64,000 bases of DNA from Antedon mediterranea (Eukaryota; Animalia; Echinodermata): contig NC_092675.1 of assembly GCF_964355755.1 (NCBI RefSeq), forward strand, positions 12,333,812 through 12,397,811. Reading direction: 5' to 3'. Numbering within the stretch: the stretch's first letter is position 1; every line of letters begins with the position of its first letter. The notes below the pieces were generated by a model. It searched no databases. It saw only the letters and a program-made list of their open reading frames with translations, and was not told the origin of the DNA. Positions 10,467 through 23,013 of this stretch are shown here, piece after piece. The position numbers were made by a program, and so were the translations under genes.

Positions 10467-11295
10467 ACAAGGCCAACAGCCATTAAGTCGCGTGCTACAA
10501 TGCATAGTGATACCGGACCGACAGACAAACAGACCGACAGACAGACAGACCGACAGACAGACGGACCGACCGACATAGTGAACTATACTGACCGAAATTA
10601 CTGAACATGTTTAAAAATGTTGAAATGTTTAAAAACATTTATATTTTCTTAATTTACACGTGCGTAGCCTGTCACTTTTGACGTGCTCGTATAACGTAAT
10701 TTCGAGTTGAAAAGTAAGTCAAGAAAACAGAAATCGGGCAAGAAGAGTGCGCAATAACATTTAACGCGCAGTGCGCGCGCAAAAATCTGCGCACTCATGG
10801 CAATTTTGTAAACGCTTAAAATTGCCTGAAACGTACTCTTATTTCATCGAAAATAAATTTTGACAATTTTAAGCGCGCTTACGCATGCGTTACATGCGCT
10901 ACGCACGTAATTGTATTGCCATATGATGATTTATGCCCTGAAATTTATGAGTACCAAATTTTATTTAATTGTGATTCATGGTTGTTAAGATATGATTACA
11001 AACGTGATTTCGTTAAATCGTGCGTAGACCGCGTAATTTTTTATTGCGCACCGTGAAAACATAACCACATAGATTCCTGGCCATAAGGAATATTCTGTGA
11101 AAAATTGACTTAGCTAGATTAAACTGATATCAAGATAAGGTCATAAAGCGATAAAACGAATAGTGATACCGGACCGACAGACAGACCGACATACAGACCG
11201 ACAGACAGACCGACAGACAGACCGACAGACAGACAGACAGACAGACAGACCGACCGACCGACATAGTGAACTATAGAGTCGCTTCCACGCGACTA
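10467..11295 (-). mobile_element. Helentron-associated non-autonomous element (HINE/DINE-1-like)
   Basis: Inserted in an A/T run without TSD. Sub-terminal inverted repeat AGTCGCGTG/CACGCGACT, 5' hairpin, (GTCT/GTCG)n microsatellites. Confidence 0.75.
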
Positions 11296-11387
11296 AAAAC
11301 GTAAGTTTACGAATTTTATTCGACTTTGGATCATCCAAAAGAAAATTTACTTAAAATACTATACAGTGATCCAGATGAACCTTTTTA

Positions 11388-11552
11388 CAAGCAGGTATAC
11401 CATATTCAATAATCGAACTACAATACCACAGAATAATTTTGGAATTACAATAGTGTCCCTGCAACGAACAATGCGCTTAATAAAACCCATTAATTTTAAA
11501 GCTTTTGATCTTGTCTGAGACACATGTAATCCCCAATCTAATTTTGACGTAA
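11388..11552 (-). mobile_element. Upstream continuation of the CR1/Jockey-group LINE at 7415-8100
   Basis: SKLDWGLHV...KALKLMGFIKR...EYGIPA joins IPAW across the Penelope TSD. Confidence 0.75.
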
Positions 11553-14500
11553 AAGATTGTTGTAGGAATGAGAATTTTATTCTGATGGGAGACTTCAATG
11601 CTGTAGTAGGTGAACAAATTGAGGAAGAAAAAAGTACTGGACAATTTGGACTAGGACAACAAAATGATAGAGGATATAAACTCATAACATTTGCAAATAA
11701 CCACAATTTTGTAATTTGTAACACTCTCTTCAAGCAACCTTTACGACGAAGATACACATGGGTTTCACCAGAAGCAACATGAAGATACCAACTTGATTAC
11801 ATATTGGTCAGGGAAAGATATAGAAATGCTGTTAAGAATTGTCATGCTTTCCACGAGCTAATATTGGTTCAGACCATAATCTTGTTGAAATGATGATGAA
11901 GTATATAAAATTCAAGAAAATAAAAATTGGAAAAGCAAGCAATAGATGGATTCTTCAAGCCCTACAAAATAACAACAACGTACAGGAACTATGTACAGAT
12001 CAAATAGATACATATATAGTTAATAAAGAAGATGCGGATGTTGAAACAGATAAAAAAAGTGATTATTGATAGTGCAAACAAACATGTCAAAAATAAAATG
12101 GGGAAAAGACCAAAAAAAAACATGGATCACAGATGAGATGATAACACAAATGGAACAAAGGAGGAAATGGAAAATTATAAATACAGAAGAAGGAAGAAAG
12201 GAATATAGAAGACTAAATAATCAAGAAGAACAACAACAGATAAGGCAAAAGAAGAGTAGATTAGTAATAAATGTAAGGAAATAGATAATCTACAGAAGGC
12301 TGGACGGAGTGACATATCATATAAAATAATAAAGGAACAATCAGGAATTAACACTAAAAGACGTAAGGGTACACAAGCAGTATTAAATTAAGAAGATAAA
12401 TTACTAACTGAAATAAGACAAAGATGGAAAGAATATCTGGAAGAGTTATATGCTGCAGATCTAAAGCCAACAGTGTGTCCGCTTGAAGATGAACAAAATG
12501 TAAATGAAGAAAATCTGGGACCAATATTTCTGGAAGATGAAATTACAAAAGGAATTAAAAGACTACATGAAAGAAAGCTGAAGGCATAGATGGGATAGCT
12601 ACAGAGATGTTAAAACAACTAGGAGAAGTAGCAACCTTGGAACTTTCTAACTAATTCTACACACAAGGAAAATGGCCAGCGGATTTCACTAAATCTGTAG
12701 TAATACCCTTGGAAAAGAAAATAAACACCCAACGATGTGGTGAACACCGAACGATAAGTCTCATAACGCATAGATCTAAGATAACACTTAAGGCATTAAA
12801 TGACAGATTGGCATCAAAACTTGCAGAGTATATTGGGAAGGATCAATTTGGTTTTGTAAAAGGAAGAAGCATCTGAGATGCGATTGCTGTGCTGAGAGTG
12901 ATGGGAGAAAAATCCTTAGAATATGGTAACGAATTGTATATACTAGAAGGTACGCTCGCTTCGCTCGCGTACAATCTAGGTCGTGCCCACAGATGGTTCT
13001 CAAAAACATAGTAAATTCAGTGTAAAAAACTGGCGATTTAAAATGTACGTAAAAAAAACCGGTGATTTATGTAGCCAACTAAAATTAGTACCCTGGCAAT
13101 TACTTGAGTAAAAAAACCCAATTTGTGTTTTGTAATGTAACATTAGGGTTGAGGGATGGTAAGAGGGTGGGTGCAAAGAGGAACCATTTTAAAATATATT
13201 CTTTATCCGTAACGACATATTTGATTTTATGTTTTATAAATAATAAACCACTAAACATTTGCGATACTTTATTGAAACGGTCACTGTCATAGTCGATTGA
13301 AATAGTTAAGTACATGTAATGATACACCACTATGACTTTTATATTCTTTGTAATTATTAATAATACTATTAAGAAGCAACTGTCAGTATTAAAGTTTAAT
13401 TATGTGTAAACAGTACCACCACACTCGTAAAAAAAATTGTGCTTTAAATGGGACACAAATGGTTTATGTATTTAATGTCAAAGGTTTTTAATTTATCCCC
13501 GAAGGGCACGTAAATTTGCCTACTTGTGTTATACCAAATGTGGGGAGAGATTGGAATGTTCCATTCATCGCCAAGCAATCCTTTGTATAAACGCATATTA
13601 AATCTATCAAAATAGTATTTTTTAAAGAAAATCGGCCTGTCTTCAACATTATGATGCTTTACTCGAGCTGTTCAACCGGTTTTCAGCTATTAAAAACAAT
13701 TATCCAAGGAGGAGATAGGAAAATGCGAAACATCCTCGTATTATTGTGTGCGGGTATTTTTCAAGATGGATATCCATTAGACAGTGTATTCCACGATCGG
13801 AAAACACCCCTATTTGGGGCAAATCGTTGAACCTAAATTCGTTTTAATTGTCAATAACTAATTATCTAACTCAATTTAATTAGTAAACAGGGTTACATCA
13901 GGTGGTTAAAATCAGTAACAAAAGTACGAACCAACTTTATATACCATCAAGTAAACATTCTAGAAATAACGCACGATTTACCGAATTTTGCCCTTACGTA
14001 AATTTATATATAGATGCTTTGTGGATTATGAAAAAGCATTCGACAGGATTAATTGGATCAAATTGAAGGACATCTTGTATAGGTGTTGGTGTTGACTATC
14101 GGGACAGACAGTTAATATGGGAGCTGTATATCAATCAATCTGCATCAATTATAATAGACGGGCAGTTATCTGAACCAGCACAGATAGGTAGAGGTGTCAG
14201 ACAAGGAAGAATACTGTCAACTAACTTTATGAAGAATTTCTACTTTCAGAAGCACTTACAGACTGTAGTGATGGAGTAAAAGTTGGTGGTCACAGAATCT
14301 CAACTGTACGGTTTGTTGATGATAAGGATGGACAACTCTAATGGCGGTCTCCAAAGAATATTAAAGAAAATTAATGAAGCAGGGAAAGAATATGGAATGA
14401 AGATAAACACCAGAAAAACTAAAGTAATGTGCATAACAAAAAGAGCAAATGTACAAATGGAAATATATGTTGATGGGGAAAAGATTGAACAAGTTGATTC

Positions 14501-14975
14501 CATTTGCTACCTGGGAATAAAAATAACAACAGATGGCAGATGTAAGAGTGAGATTCTGAGGAGAATATGAAAGGGGAAAGGGGAAATTCATACTCAACAG
14601 GAAATTCTTAACAAGTAAAGCAAGTATTGAAACAAGAAAGGAAATGGTTAAAGCATTAGTATGGAGTGTTGCATTATACGGATGCGAAACATGGACATTA
14701 AAAAAGGGAGGAAATAAACAGAATAAATGCATTTGAAATGTGGTGTTGGAGAAAAATGCTAAAAATTCAATACACGGAGTACAGAAGGAATGATGACATT
14801 TTGAATGAAATAAGAGAAGAAAGACAACTAATGAAACGTATTAATGAACACAGTATTAGAAATGGAGGATTATTGAAAATAGTGATGGAGGGTAGAGGAA
14901 GGAAGAGAAAAATGCTACTGGATAGACTTAAAAATGGAAACAAATATTATCAACTAAAGAGTAAAACAGTCCTGA
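11553..14975 (+). mobile_element. Decayed RTE-clade LINE (endonuclease + RT), many frameshifts and stops
   Basis: MGDFNAVVG, RRRYTWVSP, LDYILV, GSDHNLV, DQFGF, CFVDYEKAFD, RGVRQG, ALYGCETWTL, AFEMWCWRKML. Confidence 0.9.
12943..14014 (-). mobile_element. Non-autonomous Helitron, copy 2 (1072 bp)
   Basis: 5' TC...CTAG 3' with terminal hairpin. Inserted between A and T with no TSD; removal restores ELYI|CFVDYEKAFD of the RTE. Confidence 0.9.
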
Positions 14976-15014
14976 GATCCGTTTGGAATATTCCATTCAA
15001 GTGAAGAATAAGTT

Positions 15015-15055
15015 TGTTAGTTATGTCAAGAAATAAAAGGGTCGAAATTTGCCAC
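15015..15055 (+). repeat. sat190 fragment
   Basis: TAGTTATGTCAAGAAATAAAAGGGTCGAAATTTGCCA matches ~6712-6750. Confidence 0.75.
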
Positions 15056-15664
15056 TTCTGTGGCAGCGAAGAAGATCCGAATGAAGGGGGTGGCTTTTCT
15101 CCTCCATGATCGCCTGTAAACCATTTTTCAATCGTTCTCCGTAGTGACAATCGTAGACTGAGTCCGCCGTCAGCGCCGACGAGCCAATCACTCCTAATGC
15201 CCTTTCTAACACCTTACGTATGCGGCCCTTATCTCCCTTGTTTATGTTCCCACCCCAGCCTAATAGACAATAATCCAGATTGAAAAAATAACAGATGAAT
15301 AAAACATAGTATGTATCTCTTCCCTAACCCTAAAAACGTTCATTTTCCTCAAACAGTTCAGTCTAGTATTTAATTTGTTAATTAGTTGATCTACATGCTC
15401 TCCCCATGATAAATTATTGTCATACGTTACCCCAAGATACTTATATGTTTTAACGATTTCTACCTCAAGCCCTTTAATCTGGACAGGCTAAATTTCCCTT
15501 CTTTTTTTACGACGGAAATCTATTCGCATTTCTTTGGTTTGCTACATTAAGTTCCAGGAAATTTTCATCACAGTATTTCGTAAACCTAACTATTTCAGAT
15601 TTGAAATTTGTATCATCATCCTTTTTTATTAAACCTATCATTGCAGAATCGTCTGCAAATTTAA

Positions 15665-17017
15665 TTACTGGACAGTCCGGGAACCTAGGTTGGAAATCCG
15701 ACGTATACAATGTGAACAAAAACGGTGCAGTACAGTACCTTGTGGTGCTCCCGTATTTGTCCGAATAACGTCCGATCTGACATTTTGATTTAGCCTAACA
15801 AACTGGAGACGTCCAACGAGGAAGTTAAAAACGAACGAAATTAGTAAATTGGGGATATTCATGCCGAACAACTTATTAATTAAAATGTGTGGTTGAATGG
15901 TATTAAAAGCTGAACTAAAGTCGAAGTACATAATCCTAACAGACGGGGATGTTTTCCAATTGTCAAGATGGGGATACATTTTTTCATTTTTGTATATTAA
16001 TGGGTCTTCAGTGTTCCTGTTTCTCCGATAAGCGAACTGATGTGGGTCTAAAAAATCTGCAACTAATGGTTTCAGGTTTTTTAGAACAATCTTTTCACAA
16101 ACTTTCATTGGGACGGATGTTAGCGCAACAGGTCTAAGATCGTTATAACACTGTATATTTTGTCGTTTAGAGATTGGGATGATGCATGACGTTTTCCAAG
16201 ATTCCGGCAAGGTTTGTGTTTCAAAAATCAAGTTAAAAATATATTCAAAAATATCTGCCAATTGGGTTGCGCATAATTTAAGAACTTTGGGTAGAATTTG
16301 GTCTGATCCAGCTGATTTGGATGCTTTCAGACCTTTAAAGTGGCTGGTAAGTTCATCCGCATTTGTCTTAAGGTCAAAACCACTTTCATCTGGTAAGGCC
16401 AACCTACTTTTGATTAAGATCTGTTCATCAGAAGAATTATAGCGATCAAACCTATTAAAAAAAGTATTTAATTCATTAGCATATTGCTTAGTCAAATTAG
16501 ACACAATTCCACTTCCTTGTGGCGATTTTGCATATCCGCTCATTTTCCTCATTCCCCTCCAAACCTTACTCATATCATTACCTACAAAATTATTTTCTAT
16601 TTCACGTTTGTACTTTATTTTACTTTTACGTATTACTCGTTTAAGTTCCCTTTGGATTTTATTTAGTTCATTTACGTCACCTCGATCGAAGGCCTGTCTC
16701 TTTTTCTTAATAACATCTTTCACCTCCCCATTTATCCATGGTTTACGGTTTCCGTAGATTTTAACTATCCTTTTTGGTATTAAATTTTCAGTACAAAAGT
16801 TAATATATGCACTAACCGCTTCCGTTACCTCGTCTGACCCGTTTGAATTTTCCGTAAAAACACTCCAGTCCGTAGTTTCAAATTCGCATTTCAGCTGTTC
16901 TATTGCATCTTGAGTCCACTTCTTAACAGTAATTACCCTGGGTTTCTGCCGTACCAATGGACGATACTTGGGTTGTAGTATAATTAAATTATGGTCAGCT
17001 TTACCAAGTTTCGGCAA
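15665..17017 (-). pseudogene. Rex1/Babar RT segment (frameshifted after GAPQGTVL)
   Basis: 450-aa ORF with RT motifs; FADD lies in the next frame (15507-15719). Confidence 0.85.
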
Positions 17018-17058
17018 TTTTCTTGATAAATATGCTTGTTTTACGTTTGAATAACATA

Positions 17059-19733
17059 TAGTGGGGAACCTAATGTTCCAAAAATCATTTCCGTGAGATT
17101 TTAATGCTCAAGTTGAGTTCTTGGCAGTTTTGGAATCCTTGGGACCAGCAGAATTCATTGCAACAGAGGGCCAATTTTTCCCGACCCTATTTTGGCCGCC
17201 ATCTTGGATTTCAAAAATGGCCCCCATTTTTTACTCAAAACTGATAGTAGCTCCTATTTTAAATCACGTACGAACGTAATTTGTGTGATAAATCTTACAA
17301 TATTTTGATAAATCAGTCCAATGGTACAATTTATAATAATAGCATATGGCAGCCATATTGAATTCCAAGATGGCCGCCATTAAAAACATATATAATGTAT
17401 GCATTTTATAGTCAGGGTCCTCGTGTATTTCCGTAGGATTTTAATGCCCAAAGTAAGATTTCACTTCTTTAATATGGTGGTAGGATACCAAAAATGCTAG
17501 GTAACCAATTTTCACGATCCCGTAACCATGGTAACAGCCCCAAGATCAAAATGGCTCCAAATTGGCCCTATCTCCGTATCCCTTTGGTCTATCAACAAGA
17601 TATTGGTATCAAAATACTCGGAGCGTATATATTTATATTCATTGTAATGGAACATTTTGACGAAATGTAATAGGAAATGCTATTTTTCTGCACTATTGAC
17701 CTTTGACCTTGACTTTCATTGTATCTAAAAAACGGCTGGTCATTGAAATTTAAAAATGGTCTCAAATTGCTGAGACCATACATATTCATATTTATTGTAA
17801 TGCAACATTTTGTTAGAAAATGACCGGAAGTAAAGTTATTGACCTTTGACCTAATAAACATGAACTTGATATATACAATAATCGGCAATTATTTGTGGTA
17901 GGTATTAAACAATGGGTTTATACATATTATTATCATTTGAATATCTAATTTCTAATTCACATACTTAGTTTTTATATATTTATAAATATTAATCAATCAA
18001 TACCATGCATTTATTGTGTCAGCATTCTCGTCCCATTCTTTCCAGTCAAAGGAGTGAGTGTGGTTGATTCTTAAACTTTGTACCTTTCCATTTTATTTCC
18101 TAATGCTTGTTTTTCTTTAAACAATTTCATATATATAGGTTTCTTATACATTGAACTGCTGCCGGCCATACATTATTACGTGTTCGTAGATGATAATTTG
18201 ATTGCTTGGTTCAGTTGCTTGATTAGACGTTCCTTGGGGTTGCTTCTTTGATGTGTCGATATAAGAAGTAATCTTCCAATGCTAACATTGACTGCCATTT
18301 TGTAGTTATATCGCCAACCCAAGGAATCATTTTAGATTAGATAGAGTGAAATTGTTAGAAGTGACCAAGAGGTTTTGGATGTTTACAGCATTTTATGTTC
18401 CCTTCAAGCTACTAAATGTGTTTAGTTTCATTTTTTTTTCAAGGAGTCCACAACCAGACTTTGCTCACAAACTTAAAAAAGCTTTCTTTTTTTATCATCT
18501 CTGTTTAAGATATATTTCTTGACTTCATTTGAAATTATTACTAAGACAATGTTTAAAAAAAGTGTTGATTTTGTTATGAATGTATTTTGATAAAATCTTG
18601 AAGGATTTGTGTGTTTTGTGTTAAAGAGTGAATTCGATGGGAAATCCAGTTCGATTTCCTCATTTTGAGTAATGCCGCCAACAAGACCACCAACCCATTT
18701 TAACTATGTTCCTTCTGTTCCTTCCTGATCCGGGAAAAGAGAACTATTTAAATACAGATTTTTTTTCTTTACATTCAAATTAATTACATTCTTTTATTCT
18801 CTGTTACTTAGTAATCTACATCAAGCCAAGCTGGTTCATTATGTGAATTAAAAATTAGCTATTCAAATGATAATAATATGTATAAATCCATTGTTTAATA
18901 CCTACCACAAATAATTGCCGATTATTGTATACATCAAGTTCATGTTTATTAGGTCAAAGGTCAATAACTTTACTTCCGGTCATTTTCTAACAAAATGTTG
19001 CATTACAATAAATATGAATATGTATGATTTCAGTAATTTGAGACCATTTTTAAATTTCAATGACCAGCCGTTTTTTAGATACAATGAAAGTCAAGGTCAA
19101 AGGTCAATAGTGCAGAAAAATAGCATTTCCTATTACCTTTCGTCAAAATGTTCCCTTACAATGAATATAAATATATACGCTCCGAGTATTTTGATACCAA
19201 TATCTTGTTGATAGACCAAAGGGATACGGAGATAGGGCCAATTGGGAGCCATTTTGATCTTGGGGCTGTTACCATGGTTACGAGATCGTGAAAATTGGTT
19301 ACCTAGCATTTTTGGTATCCTACCACCATATTAAAGAAGTGAAATCTTACTTTGGGCATTAAAATCCTACGGAAATACACGAGGACCTTGACTATAAAAT
19401 GCATACATTATATACGTTTTTAATGGCGGCCATCTTGGAATTCAATATGGCTGCCATATGCTATTATTATAAATTGTACCATTGGACTGATTTATCATCA
19501 TATTGTAAGATTTATCACTCAAATTACGTTCGTACGTGGTTTATAATAGGAGCTACTATCAGTTTTGAGTAAAAAATGGGGGCCATTTTGAAATCCAAGA
19601 TGGCGGCCAAAATGGGGTCGGGAAAAATTGGCCCCCAGTTGCAATGAATTCTGCTGGTCCCAAGGATTCCAAAACTGCCAAGAACTCAACTTGAGCATTA
19701 AAATCTCACGGAATTACATTAGGTTCCCCACTA
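17059..19733. mobile_element. Non-autonomous DNA transposon with ~900-bp TIRs, Academ-like, 3-bp TSD ATA
   Basis: ATA|TAGTGGGGAACC...GGTTCCCCACTA|ATA. 17059-~17960 is the reverse complement of ~18840-19733. Removal restores TLDVCYSN. Confidence 0.8.
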
Positions 19734-20687
19734 ATACGTCAAGGGTAACAGATTCCCGCGTGCTGCACTTCACATGTTGGTAATAGTAAACGCTACTCTT
19801 TTTAGGGTACAATGATTAAAGTCTCCATTTATTACAATAATGCGTCAGGGGAAGTCGTTTCAATTTCCACTATAACTACGGTTAGTTCTCTTTGTGCTTC
19901 CTTGGCCAGATTTTTGTTTGGTATGTATACAACCACTATACTAAAACAACATGTGAAAATTCCCTCGGTATGTAGAACGGACGTATAGAGAGTACCATTA
20001 TTTCAACGTTAGGCGAGCACCTGTTTTTCTTTAGATGCACATTGTTTGGGTGACAATACATTTTGCTTATATATGCCATAACACCGCCTCCTCTATTTTT
20101 TCCGGATTCGACAGTTCTATCACCTCTGAATAATGTAAACCCATCAATCCTAAAATGTTTGTCACTTTTCTCTTCACTCAACCATTTTTCCGTAAAGGCC
20201 ATCACACTAACGGATCTACATTCATGCAAATGCATATTTGCATTTAATTCATCCATTTATTTACAATTGAACGTGCATTTCCCATAATGATTGTAGGCAA
20301 ATATGGTCTACCTTTCCTAGCACGGAACCGTTTTCTAACTCCACGGGCCCTACCTCTTTTTCGCCGTCGAATCTCGAAAGGTATGTCAGGCCATTTTCCA
20401 GAACATGGGTATTTGATTTGGTTGCGTATGTCCTACATTTCCATAGGCGTATAGCAAACAACCCTTGGCCTAGCTTGCGTCGGCTCATTGACGTTAAAAA
20501 ACGGTCTAATCATGTTAACAGTCACCACAAAAAGCGAAGAACAAACAATAGTCAACATTAATACACCGAAAATCCACAATAAAAATGCAGAAAAAAAATC
20601 ACTACACGCATCCAAAGAGCAACAAAATCAGGACAAGTGAGCTTGGTCGACCGCAGTGAGCAGCGCCCTCTATCGATCTTTTATGAT

Positions 20688-20784
20688 TGTCATTTATGCA
20701 CATATATTTTCGAAAATGGGCAAAATTTCTACTGTTTTAAATTCAATAATTACTCGATAATATGGCCAATAATGCATCATCTTA
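20688..20784 (+). repeat. sat190 fragment ending in the Harbinger target TTA
   Basis: ...AAATTCAATAATTA...CATCATCTTA matches the 6185-6935 units. Confidence 0.8.
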
Positions 20785-21736
20785 AGCCCCTTTCTCACAG
20801 ACGTGCCTGCAATATACCGGTATGATGCTGGCGTCGTGCCGGTATCGTTACCGGCATATACCCATTCTCATCGGACTATTGTGCCGGAAATATAACCGGT
20901 ATATACCGGCTTTCTGTGAGAAAGGAGTCTGGCATATTCGGCCAATAGAAAGTCTGACAAAATAATTATTGAGGGCGTCCTTTATTGTTATTATTCTAGC
21001 GATATGGCGGCGAATTTTAATTTGCAGATTATTATTCTCTTACTTTATAGCATATTTATGCAATACATGCTATGTACAGTATATTTTACATATATTATAC
21101 AGGTACAGGAATTAAATAGCCGTCATCGGCAATCTATAAAACAGCGTAGAAGGAGAAATCAGGCTGTACAATTTACAAGGCGACGAAGGGTCAGGCACCA
21201 ACAAAGAGCTATGGCCTATAGATTATATGCTATGGCAGCTATTGATGGTACGTCGTGCACTCGCCGTATATGGGTAAAGGATCGCAGGCATGGCCTTGTT
21301 TTTTGGAATACTGTAATGACAATGTATACAGATGAAGACTGGCGCCGATATTTCAGGATGTGTAAGGCAACATTTAAATGTATAGCCAATGAATTAAGAC
21401 CCCGCCCTGGAAAAAGAAACGACAAATTGGAGAGCTCCTATCCCCTATAAAGTTAGACTAGCAGCTGTTATTTGGTGGTTAGCCACATCCACCAAATATA
21501 GAAGCATATCAAACATGTTCGGAATTGAAATATCAGCCCTATGCAACCTAGCACGGGAGGTGTGTTTTGCCATCCGATGAAACTTATTTAAAAGATACAT
21601 ATCGCTTTCCTCTGGTGAGAGATTAACAGCAAAAATAAATGGATTCGAAAGACGCTGGTTCCCTCAATGTGCTGGGGCCATAGACGGTACCCATGTCACC
21701 ATTCTAGCCCCGTCAAAAAATCCGGCAGACTACCAT
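20785..21736 (+). mobile_element. PIF/Harbinger transposon, left part
   Basis: TTA|AGCCCCTTTCTCACAG TIR, subterminal ACCGG repeats, transposase N-half. Confidence 0.85.
21004..21736 (+). pseudogene. Harbinger (HARBI1-like DDE) transposase, N-terminal half
   Basis: RRIWVK, WRRYFRMCKATF, YRSISNMFGI, FPQCAGAIDGTHV...PADYH; frameshift and stop present. Confidence 0.88.
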
Positions 21737-22870
21737 AATAATAATAATAATAATAAACAATATTTATATAGCGCCTAATGGATATCACTGACCCCTCTAG
21801 GTGATTTACATTAGACCCTAACTAATGGTAATAAACTATCCCCCACCGGACACCATTCCGGTATTTCTTAGTCGAGGTTTCAGGGATGGAAACAATCAAT
21901 AATGTGAAAAGAATGTAACTATGCTTAACTAAGGTAAAAATAACCCCCGCCGGACACCATCCCGGTATTTCTGAGTCAAAGTTTCGGGGCCAGAATTAAG
22001 AATAGAGAGTAATTGAAGCATGCACTAACTTAAACTAGGGTTAAACTATCCCCCGCCGGACGCGATTTTTTTTTCGTACATAAGTTGGGGACCCTTCATG
22101 AAACGTCACAAAATAAACATGAATAATTCATCAGTTAAATTTGTTGTTCCGTGTGCACCCAAGCGTATAGCAACAAGAAGTGATTACACGCACAACTGCG
22201 ATACGATTCTTTCTACAGTAGGCCTAGGATTCTCGGTCAATTCACGTAAAAAATGTGTATAATTTGTGTACTGTAATTTTTTAATTCTGCTATTTTATTA
22301 GCAAACAATATGCATAAACTCGAAGGAAATTTAAAAATGCGCGTATATGAACACATGAGATAGGAAGATTAGACCCACGAGAATATAAAATGTATTTTTA
22401 ATTTTGCTGACTTATTACTCGGACTGTATCATACCTAACACACACACGTCACACACACCCACACAGCTACTACTAGAATAGACACCCACACAGCTACTAC
22501 TAGAATAGACATATGGGTTTAGAGACTAATAATTAGGCCTAATAGTATTAATAGAAACTATAATTTTAACACGTAATTCTTTAGTAATAAATGATATTAA
22601 AAACACCATAAACTTAAAGGCTGATTATTTCAACAATCCACACAAAACGTCGCTATTTTTTTTATGAAATATCACGCGGCAACCACAGCGGAGATTAGGC
22701 CTAGAATCGTACCGCACTTGTGTAATCACTTCTTGTTGCTATACGCTTGGGTGCACACGGAACAAGAAAATTTAACTAATGAATTATTCATGTATATTTT
22801 GTGACGTTTCATGAGGGGGTCCCCAACTTATGTACGAAAAAAATATCGCCCGCCGGACACCATCCCGGTA
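21737..22870 (-). mobile_element. 3'UTR and (TTA)n tail of the L2 whose body is at 31025-34388
   Basis: Minus strand ...GGCGCTATATAAATATTGTT(TAT)n. Three ~105-bp repeats with a CCGG-hairpin. Interrupted by a MULE at 22062-22849. Confidence 0.75.
22062..22849. mobile_element. MULE-like MITE copy 1, ~150-bp TIRs, 9-bp TSD
   Basis: CCGCCGGAC|GCGATTTTT...AAAATATCGC|CCGCCGGAC. Confidence 0.85.
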
Positions 22871-23013
22871 GCGATTTTTTTAAATCTCCGCTGTGGTTGC
22901 CGCGTGGGATTTCATAAAAGAATAGCGGCGTTTTGTGTGGATTGTCGAAATAATCAGCCTTTAGTTTACCTCCGCCAAAGAGGTATATGTAATCGGTAGC
23001 GTGTGTTTGTTTG

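Larger units (their letters stand above)
8101..11387 (+). mobile_element. Penelope-like element, 5'-truncated, with inverted pLTR copy (8101-9371, minus); 13-bp TSD
   Basis: CAAGCAGGTATAC at 8088-8100 and 11388-11400. 8101-8233 + 9111-9371 is the reverse complement of 10141-10466 + 11295-11358. Confidence 0.88.
15056..20630 (-). mobile_element. Rex1/Babar-like LINE, near full length, decayed
   Basis: Endonuclease FTEKWL, GGGVMAYI, RPFYIPREF, GDFNH, TLDVCYSN, DHNLI. RT DLRPVALTS, PHQFAYR, FSSAFNTIQPH, GAPQG, KFADD. Confidence 0.85.

Noticed and set aside
11141-11338. Cys-rich SVCR-repeat ORF (also 22961-23355 and 23718-23954)
   Set aside because: Frames across HINE tetranucleotide microsatellites.
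17592-19211. Twin 98-aa ORFs on opposite strands
   Set aside because: Mirror images inside the two TIRs; non-ATG start and no protein motifs.
20660-20675. CTCF-like motif CAGCGCCCTCTA
   Set aside because: Single short match at a LINE 5' boundary; not supportable without binding data.
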